Assembly (NCBI RefSeq): GCF_006345805.1
Contig: NC_043010.1
Coordinates: 48,546,001 to 48,610,000, forward strand
Length of the DNA stretch: 64,000 bases
Reading direction: 5' to 3'
Source: Octopus sinensis
Taxonomy: Eukaryota
Position 1 is the stretch's first letter. Each line of letters opens with the position of its first letter. Positions 53,752 to 64,000 of the stretch are shown one piece after another. A program made the position numbers and the translations under genes. A model generated the notes under the pieces. That model was given only the letters and a program-made list of their open reading frames with translations. It did not search any database and was not told the DNA's origin.

Positions 53752-54139
53752 GTGGAGGCGCAATGGCCCAGTGGTTAGGGCAGTGGACTCGCGGTCATAG
53801 GATCGCGGTTTCGATTCCCAGACCGGGCGTTGTGAGTGTTTATTGAGCGAAAACACCTAAAGCTCCACGAGGCTCCGGCAGGGGATGGTGGTGATCCCTG
53901 CTGTACTCTTTCACCACAACTTTCTCTCACTCTTACTTCCTGTTTCTGTTGTACCTGTATTTCAAAGGGCCGGCCTTGTCACTCTCTGTGTCACGCTGAA
54001 TATCCCCGAGAACTACGTTAAGGGTACACGTGTCTGTGGAGTGCTCAGCCACTTACACGTTAATTTCACGAGCAGGCTGTTCCGTTGATTCGGATCAAAC
54101 GGAACCCTCGTCGTCGTAACCGACGGAGTGCTTCCATCC
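53752..54139 (+). mobile_element. Full-length SINE family 3 inserted into a family 1 SINE head, 12-bp TSD AGCTTGCTTACC
   Basis: TSD at 53740-53751 and 54140-54151; host SINE resumes to ~54520. Confidence 0.9.
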
Positions 54140-56143
54140 AGCTTGCTTACCAGCCCCATGGTTCCAGGTTCAGTCCCACTGCATGGCATCTTGGACAAGT
54201 GTCTTCTACTATAGCCTCGGGCCGACCAAAGCCTTGTGAGTGGATTTGGTAGACAGAAACTGAAGGAATCCCGTCGTATATATATATATATATACATGTA
54301 TATATATGTATGTGTTTGTCTGTGTTTGTCCCCCCAACATCGGTTGACAACTGATGCTGGTGTGTTTACGTCCCTGTAACTTAGCAGTTCGCCAAAAGAG
54401 ACCGATAAAATAAGCACTAGGCTTACAAAGAATAAGCCCTGGGGTCGATTTGCTTGACTAAAGGCGGTGCTCCAGCATGACCACAATCAAATGACTGAAA
54501 CAAATTAAAGAATAAATGAAAAAGAAAAAGAATTCAAAACCATACAAAATCTGTTTACTTCACTTAGACATTTATATGTTGTCAAAATTTTCAAAGTGTT
54601 TCACTGATCCCAGCAGTCTTTGTGTGTTTTGAATGGCTCATATGTACCTTCCACACTATGCTGTAATATATATTAGTGACAGAGGCAGTATTAATATCAA
54701 AAGGTCATATTTATCCCACTTAAATATGAATGTTCTGATAGAACAAGTTATACTGTGGTGGATATCATGAGAGAAACTCTCATATTGCATTTTGGTTCAA
54801 AATGCATGGTCAAGAGTTCAGCATTGATAAGACCAAGGAAGGTCGAAATCATGTAATTGGGTTGCCTCAGTGCTGGAGATGGCAGAGACTTTTATCCCCA
54901 CTAGCAATATATATAAGAGAGCCTCTAGTACCAAAAGCCAATATGAAAGTTTCTCTCAGGGTATTCACCACAGTATAGTTTGTTCTAAAAGAACATCCAT
55001 GTTTAAGTGGAGATAAATATTACCTCTATACTGAAATTGTTTTAGTTTCAACACATGATCTCAGATCAAATCCCTTTCCAGACAAGTGCATATCCAAAAT
55101 GTTTTTTGATTCTTCTCATTCATTAGATATTGACATGTGAAATGGTCCTAATGTGCCACTGTAAAAGTATCATGCTGCTCTTATGATTACCATAATCCAT
55201 TCTTTATCGAATCTAATCATCAATTTTTTTTTTTACCTTTTCTCACAAAAATGTCATCTTTGTTAGATAAGAACTTGCTTATGGAAAAGTTTTGCTTATG
55301 GATTGATATCTATTCCATTTATACTCATTAAATGAAAAGGCAGCTGAGAAATGATTCTTATCTCTGTTTTCATTCTTTTTATCTATCATGATTTAGTCTA
55401 GAGTTGAGACTTCAAAGTATCTTTGAGCTGATGCAAAATAATCCAAGATTCCACTTCAAAGTGTTATTAATATCCAAAATAAATAGATGAACTTCTGCGT
55501 TCTTTGATGTTTTAAACTAATCTCACAATGAATTTGTTAATTGGGTCTTTCAATTTCATTTGAGTTCCACTTGAAACATTGATACTTTGTGTTCTAAAGA
55601 TATAAGTGTGGGTTGAAAACTTATATGGTGGAGCCAGTTTAATCTATGGTGAAATGTGATGAATAACAGGATTTAATATTACATAAAAAAACAATTGTAG
55701 TTTGGACACATCAGACGTGTACTCATATAATATATATTCATATAACATACACTCATAATATTTCGTTCTTGGATTTGGTTTGCAAGATTCATTATGTGAG
55801 TTTGTGTGTTGAAGCATATTCTGTTATGTCTGGGGAGATTAATTTTCTTTTTGTGCCATATAATGTAACAGACTCACTGGTAAAATTTCAAGACTATTGA
55901 AAAGGTTGCAAGATGCAACGAAAATTTTAGGAAAATAAAAATAAGAATTAAGTGCAAATTTTACCGGTGAGTGTATTACATTATAAGGCACAAAAAGAAA
56001 ATGACCCTCCCCAGAAACAACAGCATACGCTCATAAAATATTTTGATATTTCACTTAGGTACTGCTAAACTAATAATTTGGTGTTAGAACTCAATATACA
56101 TATACTTCCTAGATATGCATATCCATTTTTATTGGTAATGCTT

Positions 56144-56214
<71 letters not shown>

Positions 56215-57693
56215 TGTAAATGTTTTTCCAAATATAATTGCAATTCATGTTTGAAGCTCTGATGAAGTTATAAGGTGATATGCATGCACTCATCTTTGTG
56301 AGCATTGCATCTTATAGCTGAAACAGCTCTAAGGTAACAAAGTTCATAACATAATTGTTTATTCATTTGTCATATTCGTTTGTCATCCCAATTTCTTACT
56401 CATAAAATATATAGTCATTTAATATATACTCATTTAATAGCTGCATTAATTTCAGACGGTCATTGATGATTAATGGGGTTTTGTTCTTTTTTCACATGAT
56501 TTTAGCCTTTACTCCTGTGAGAATGACCAGCTTGTGTAGGGGTGCAGGAATTGGGAAAAGGTGAAAGTTATAGAATATTAGGAGAGTTTAGAGACCATCA
56601 TCATTATCATAATCATCATTGCAACCACGACCACGATCACGACCACAACCACGACGATGACGATGACGACGACGACGACGACCACCACCACCACCAAAAA
56701 TGCGACGCGTCGCCCAGTCCAAGAATCGAAACCACAATCTTACGACCATGAGTCCAAAACCATAACCACTAAGCTACGCTCATCCACAGAAGAACTGGGA
56801 GGCAATGTATGGTTGAGGGGTAAGGCTGCAGCTAGGGGAATCGTTAAAACGCCGAGCAAAATGTTTAGCGGCATCACGTTTGTCATTACGTTCTGAGTTC
56901 GAATTCTGCTGAGATCGACTCTGCCTTTCGTCCTCTCGGGATCGATAAAATAAGTACCAGTTGAGCACTGGGTTCGATGTAATTGATTTACACCTTTCTA
57001 AATTGCTGGCCTTGTGCCAAAATTTGAAATCAGTATGTGTCTGAGAGGTGTTAGGACGAACTTAAAAAGATGTCCATGCAAGTATCGTGCTGAGTTAATG
57101 ACACAAAAGACAAAGGGCATGAGACTGATCATACAGGACAAAAGGCTCGGTTGTTATGCGTGTGATAGCATAAAACAGCTACCAAAATTACGCAATATGT
57201 AATTCTATCACAGAAAGAAACCAGTTGTTCAAAATAAAACGATGCTTTGATATGTATCATTGCAAAAAAATACTACAATGTTCCTTTGTAAAGCAACATC
57301 GTAGCATTGTTAAGCATCATGTTTTTGTTATTTTTTTGGTCAGTGTTTGTTGAAGGTTGTTATAAATTATTAAATGATTTGAAAAAAGAATTTCTAGTTG
57401 TGGAATTCCAATGGGGTTTACCATTTCGAGAATTAAACATTTAATACTTAATTTTATGCGAGATACATAATGCCTTCTTCGTACGCGCACGAACGTGTGC
57501 ATGCTTATGTGTATATGTGTGTGTGTACGTACATTTAATAACTTCTCTCATTCTTCCCCTCTGTGTATGTGTGTATGTGTGTGTGTGTTTGTGTGTGTGT
57601 GCGTGCGTGCGCGTGTATCTATCAATATATATATATATCTATCTATATATATATCTATATCTCTATATATATCTATATCTATATATATATCTA

Positions 57694-57724
<31 letters not shown>

Positions 57725-57741
57725 TTATCTATCTCTATATC

Positions 57742-57886
<145 letters not shown>

Positions 57887-59039
57887 TATGAACAGCAGTT
57901 TGCGATGTTTCACCAAAAAGGAGAGTTACAAATGTCACTAAATGCGACTAGGGTGTTTGGAAACACCTACTTTGCTAGAAATAAGAGCTAAGCCACTCTA
58001 ATGTGGTAGTTAACGCACATGAATGAAAACATGAAAACGTACACTAACAGGGACCACAATCCTAAAAGTACGGTTCGAGAATTCTTAATACTGACGCATC
58101 AGTTTCGGCAATTGATATATATGCGAAGACAATCTGGTACTTGACTGAGGAAAGAAAACTTCGAATGACCCGTCCTTGTTTTCTTTGTATCGTACAGGAC
58201 AAAAGGCAAGATTATTTAGACTAATGATTCAACGTTGTTTTCCTTTATTTCATCATTTATTCAAATCTATACACACAGCAGAGAATTTTTCTCTCTTATG
58301 TTTCTTAATTTAAGTACATCTAAAGTCTTACATCTTTTGCTTTTTACGAGATTCAGTCATTGGACTGTGGCCAAGCTGGGGCACTGTCATGAAGGGTTTT
58401 ACTGAAACTAATCGACTCTGGTACTTTTGTCTTTTATTTTTTTTTAAAGTTTGGTACTTATTCTATTGGTATTTTGCCGAACTGCTAAGTTATGGGAACG
58501 TAAACAACACCACATGTGAAGCAGTCGGCGTGGGAGTGACAAACACAAAAGCATACGCATACACATATATACTACAGGCTTCTACACAGTTTTCGCCTAC
58601 CGAATTCACTCACAAAACATTGTTTGGCCCAGGACAGTAGTAGACAACACTTGCCCAAGGTGCCATGTAGTGGAACTGAACCCGAAAAACGTAGCTGCGA
58701 AGCGAGTTCCTGTGCATTAATGATCGATCAAAATAATACCATTTGCCATTAGTATTTGGTAGCGTTCTTTGAATTTCTCAAAACGAAATTCTATTTACGA
58801 GGTACTAAATTTATAAATTTGATGATCTCATTTGGAATTTCTTATTTGTTTGGTTATAAAATCATAAAATTCATTAATTTCCTAGATTTCTTTTCCCGTT
58901 TATCTTTTATTTGTTTCAGGTATTGGACTGTGGCCATGCTGGGACACCCCTTTAAAGTGTTTAGTCAAACAAATTGACCCCGGTACTTATTATGTTTAGG
59001 TCTGGTACACCAGTATTCTATCGGTTGTTTTGTAGAATG

Positions 59040-59270
59040 TGCAAGTGATGAGTCTACACTGGTACAGAAATGTATGGCATATAAAGAATGAGAGTTAAGG
59101 ACTGAAGTGTCAAACGATCCAAGTAGAAGGAACCTGTGGAAGAAAGCCAAGCAAGTGATGAAAGTTGAGATCAGGAACCCCTTATAAAAACGATGGTAAG
59201 CGAGCGCAACAAGTTGCAGGAGCCTATATTGATGAAAATCCGTCCAATTAATGCAAGCATGAATACTGGA
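59040..59270 (+). mobile_element. RTE LINE 3' end remnant
   Basis: L.WY..V, VEGTCGR-like residues, ending AAAATCCGTCCAATTAATGCAAGCATGAA. Confidence 0.6.
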
Positions 59271-59277
59271 CACGCAC

Positions 59278-59370
<93 letters not shown>

Positions 59371-60653
59371 CGGACTTCTTTCACTTTCTGTCTACCATAT
59401 CCACTCACAAAGCTTTGGTTGTCCCGGGGCTAAAGCAGAAAACACACTTACCCAAGGTGCTACACAGTGAGACTGAACCCAGAACCAAGTGGTTGGAAAG
59501 AAAACTTCTTACCATACAGCCATGCCATTTTCATAAGTTATGTTATCGGATTTAAATCCAAGGATTGTGCTGGTCACTGCAGCACAGGAATTTTCTTTCT
59601 CTGAACCAATTCCTCGATTATTCCTGTTATATTACCTTAGGACGTTGGTATGCTGAAAAGGCGGCGAGCTGGCAGAAACGTTAGCACGCCGGGCGAAATG
59701 TGTGGCCGTATTTTCGTCTGCCGTTACGTTCTGAGTTCAAATTCCGCCGAAGTCGACTTTGCCTTTCATCCTTTCAGGGTCGATAAATTAAGTACCAGTT
59801 ATGCACTGGGGGTGATATAATCGACTTAATCCGTTTGTCTGTCCTTGTCTGTCCTCTCTGTGTTTAGCCCCTTGTGGGTAGTAAAGAAATAGGTATGCTG
59901 AAAAATCCACAACGAGTCCAAATGACTCTTGGCTGAGAGAAACACAGTCTCCTTCGAGATGTCCAGTTGTGCTGTACTGCTGCTGCTCACGATCATCTTG
60001 AAGTGATGTAAGAGACCAACCTCTCTTCAAAATATACAACTCAAAATCGTGACATCGCCACTACCTAGCTAGTTTAACTATAAAATTTCTACACACCGAT
60101 TGAAATTATTCTTTTATAACACCAGATACATACACGGCCGGTAGAGTTGAACAAGTTAAATTTCGACTCATGTAACTTTAAAAGTTTTGTATCATTTTGA
60201 CAGCTCTCCATATTCTTTTGAGAAAGCAATACCGGAATGTCGGATTTTCAGAAAAATGTACAGCTTCATTTTAACAAGTAATTTGTTCTATCTACAAATT
60301 CGTATTGTTTTATTATTGTTTCTTATTGTAGTAACTCAACGTACTTCTGGTATTTCTGTGGAACGTCATTCAAAATGTTAATGGCGGCCGTCATTTTGCT
60401 GTTCTTTATTGGTCAATGATGATGGTTCATATTCTCAGTCGTCTTCTGCAACTTGCTTTGGTCGGATACTGTCAGGATAGCCACCAGTTTTAGCGAAGTG
60501 AAAATCTACACAACTAGCAAGCATAGTTAATAAGCATCCAAATTCTAAAGCCGTCTCCCGAAAAATAAATTAAGCTTATATTAATCGTATCTCTGATTAT
60601 AAGTATCCATCAAATCAAATTTTAGAATGATATAATCAAATAATACTTAAAAT

Positions 60654-60965
60654 ATGGTATCACGTTTAAGAAAATTAAATATAGATGAATGGCTTGTGAG
60701 AATCATACAAATCATGTACAGAGGTGTTTCTAAGGCAACAGCAATGAGTTTAATGAGGAGTTTAGAGTCCATCAGTTCTCAGGCCTGTGGACAGGAGTGT
60801 CAAACGATCCTAGTTGAAAGAGCCCGTGGAAGAGGAAGGTCAGGGAAGACACTAGCAAGTGATGAAAGCTTAGATCAGGAACTCCCCATAAAGACAATGA
60901 TAAGTGAACGCGACAAGTTGCGGAAGCCTATACTGGTGAAAATCCGTCCAACTAATGCAAGCATG
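60654..60965 (+). mobile_element. Internally deleted RTE LINE remnant
   Basis: LRKLNIDEWLVRIIQIMYR (RT region) joined to VERARGRGRSGKT (C-terminus) and the same 3' end as 59240-59270. Confidence 0.7.
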
Positions 60966-62657
60966 AAAAATCACTACTTCAATTTACCCAAACTGAACAG
61001 AGAGGGAAGTAATAAACATCGATATGGAATTAAGAATACTAATTCTTTCTTTCTACTATCAGTATAAGGACTGAAATTTCGAGGAAGGGGGTCAAACTAG
61101 TCGATTATATCGACCCCAAAGCTTAACTTCCGAAAGGAAAAAAGCCAAAGTCGACATCGGTGGAATATGAATGCAGAATGTAAAGACGGACGAAAGGCCG
61201 CTAAGCATTTTGTCCAACGTGCTAACGATTCTGCCAGCTTGTCACTGCAACTGTAAGAATCCTGCGACTATCCTCTAAACGCTCACTACTTTGAATTTAA
61301 CATTGTATATCAGTGTATTGCTTAAACTAGCTCTTGTAACAGATCTTATATACGCTAGCCGCTAATCACTTTGCCAAGTTAATATGTACACTAATTCTGT
61401 AACTAGTGAGGAAGAAATGCTACAAGTACGACGTTACCCAGTTTCCTTTGACAGCTTTAAGAAAAGTGTGTACAGTATAACCGCCAGTGAACGATCACTG
61501 TGGTAGCGATACGATACCTGGGCAATGGTAAACCATGTAACTTGTGCACAGAAGAGGCATCCTAGATCTTCTTTAAAACATTCCGTCTCAACTAAGAATC
61601 TGAGAAAGTGGTTGCATGTTGACACGAGATATATTTGAACTACTAGTCTATATCGGACCCTGGTAGATAGTATAGTATCAACCGTCAGCAGTTTCCATTA
61701 AGGCAGATTTAACTTATTCTGAATCCAAACGTAGTATGATTCCTGCTACTACCATTGGTCATACCAATGAAACTAGTCGGTTTCTGGCCACCGCTATAAT
61801 CATACAATGTACTTTTCTGACTCTAATATAGCTACAAACATCTTGACCGACTCTTCCTTCGTAGAATATGACTTACTCCCTACTAAGTACATTCCTTTGA
61901 TCTTTTCCAGAAAAACTACATTTGCCAAGATTCTTTTTAATGACATGCATAAAGTTTTCTCAACTGATTCTTCATCCCTAAAGGTGAAACTAATTTAAGA
62001 ACCTAATTACGAACATTCCTCGCTATCTTCTTCTGTTTCATTATAGATTTTGGATATCTCTTTAAATAGACTTTTCAATAAGTGAATTAATTTTCTTTGT
62101 ACCATTAATACAGTTACTATTTTTACATTAGTAGAACAATTGGTAACCCCCTTATCTTATTTTCTGTTATCTATAATATCATCTCCAGATATATTATTTA
62201 TTTTATGTAAGAAGAAAAACAAAATGAATTAAAAAGATTTTTTAATTTAAATTCAAATATGCTGGTTCTTCAACTTTGTCTTACCGGGAAAAAGATTCTC
62301 TTTAATGACAAATCTACCACCAAAGGCAAAACACGTGTTTAAAATTAGTTCCTTCTATATAATATAACTGATAAAGTATATCTGTAGATATGTTTTTATC
62401 GGCTATAGTGTCTATTCATCATCATCATCATCATCATCATTTGCAACAACAGTTGGAGAAGCGGCAGCAACAGCAGCATCCTTATCGTCTGTATCTTTAC
62501 AAGATAAAATTGTTAATGAGTTATTATCAACAGTGGTAATACTCTAAATTTCATTATTATCACTATATTCATCATTACTATTGTATTATCATTAAGATTA
62601 CATTTATTAACAATTGTATTACTGTTTTTATATGCAATATCGTGGTCGTTGTTGTGG

Positions 62658-62693
<36 letters not shown>

Positions 62694-62992
62694 TTATTAT
62701 TATTATTATTATTATTATATTATTATTATTATTATCATTATTATTATTATCATCATCATCATCATCATCATTAAGAAGGCGGCGAGCTCGTAGAACCGTT
62801 AATATGCCGGGTGAAATGCTTGGCAGCATTTCGTCCGTCTTTACATTCTGAGTTCAAATTCCCCCGAAGTCGACTTTGTCTTTCATCCTTTCGGGGTCGA
62901 TAAAATAAGTATCAGTCAAGCACTGGGGTCGATGTAATCGACAAAGTCCATCGCCCAAAATTTCGGGCCTTGTGCCTTTAGTAAAAAAGACT

Positions 62993-63935
62993 ATTGTATG
63001 TAAAGAGGAAAGAAGGAGGACGGGAATTGGTGTGTTGTGAAGGTTGTGTAAGGGAAAAGGAGAACAGCTTGGCTGGTATGTCAAGGGGAGTAAAGAAGAA
63101 ATGATTGAAGCAGTGAAAATGCAGGGAACCTTAAAAGTGAACGAAATCATAGATCCAATACAATTTAAGAAAGACCAGAGAGAGCAGAAGGAAATTTGGC
63201 ACGAACAGAAAATGTACAGTCAGTTCTTAAAGAATAAAGATGAGGTTGATTGGAATAGAACCTGACAATTGCTGCAGAAAGGAGATTTAAAAGGGCCCAC
63301 TGTGGCATTAGTATGCAGCGCTCACGAACAAGTTCTCAGAACAAACTGCTCTAAATATCACATTGATAAAAGCGCTGACTCGCCACAGTGTAGTATGTGT
63401 TCTGAGAAGGGAGAAAGTATAAGCTATATTGTTAGTGAGTGCTGTAAGCTCGCACAACGCGAATGCAAAAGGAGACACGATATGTGGCCAGATATGTCCA
63501 CAGGCTATTGTGTGGTAAAGCAAACCTCGAGAGAGCCGAACAATGGTATGAACACAAGCCAGAGGGAGTAATGGAAAACGAAACTTACAAAATACTCTGG
63601 GATTTTAACATGCAGTGTGACCAAGTCATAGAGGCGAGACGACCAGGTATTGTGCCCGTCCATAAAGATGAAAAAGAAGTAAAGAAATTGCAATACCAGG
63701 CGATTCGAAGGTGAAATGTAAGGAAACAGAAAAGATTGAGAAATACCAGCCACTGCGGATGGTGATTCGAAAGTTATGGGGCGTGAGGAAAGTAATGGTG
63801 ATACCGGTGGTAATTGGAGCATTAGGTTCTAAGGTTCTAAGGGCTTAGAAAAACATTAAGTATATTGGAGCTGCTGCCAGGTTCGAAGTGATCCAGAAGA
63901 CAGCATTGTTGGGTACAGGTCGCATTCTAAGGAGA
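62993..63935 (+). mobile_element. R4/Dong-like non-LTR retrotransposon C-terminal remnant (CCHC zinc knuckle + restriction-like endonuclease)
   Basis: LYVKRKEGGR; A.EQ.LRT; C.MC.EK.ESISYIVSEC..LAQ..CKRRHD; WYEHKPE.V.EN...KILWDF..QCD.VIEARRP; EKIEKY; VIPVVIGALG; IQKTALLGT.RILRRVL. Frameshifts and stops present. Confidence 0.88.
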
Positions 63936-64000
63936 GTATTGTCCCTTTTAGTCACAGGAGAAAACATTACTTGAAACCTTTGCTTTCAAGTAAAGAATAA

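Noticed and set aside
57940-58350. Penelope-like terminal repeat fragment
   Set aside because: The resemblance is from memory of one short motif, with no coding support; too weak to call.

Overview
Eukaryotic, AT-rich (intron and intergenic) DNA, very dense in repeats. The SINE families and microsatellite load suggest an octopus or other coleoid cephalopod, which is an inference. The only host gene I can support is the 3' end of an axonemal inner-arm dynein heavy chain of DNAH6 type on the + strand. Eight exons between 184 and 40445 splice into one open frame of 1230 nt (409 aa + stop, ending ...[14 protein letters not shown]), and one intron must be GC-AG to keep the frame. The rest is transposon-derived or simple repeat: several tRNA-headed SINE families, RTE, CR1 and R4/Dong-like LINE remnants, mariner/maT/pogo/hAT/piggyBac-type DNA elements, a decayed Helitron, and three large arrays (33-bp, 28-bp, and an A/T-tract satellite with higher-order structure). 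I see no prokaryotic genes, CRISPR array or intact novel protein system. The most unusual signals are structural: a 36-copy array of a SINE Pol III head, a locus-specific SINE/MITE/SINE junction copied 29 kb away, a ~650-bp palindrome next to the last 3' splice site, and a 2.4-kb self-complementary satellite that starts where the Helitron helicase Walker A motif should be. Protein family calls come from remembered motifs, not database searches, and repeat boundaries are approximate.
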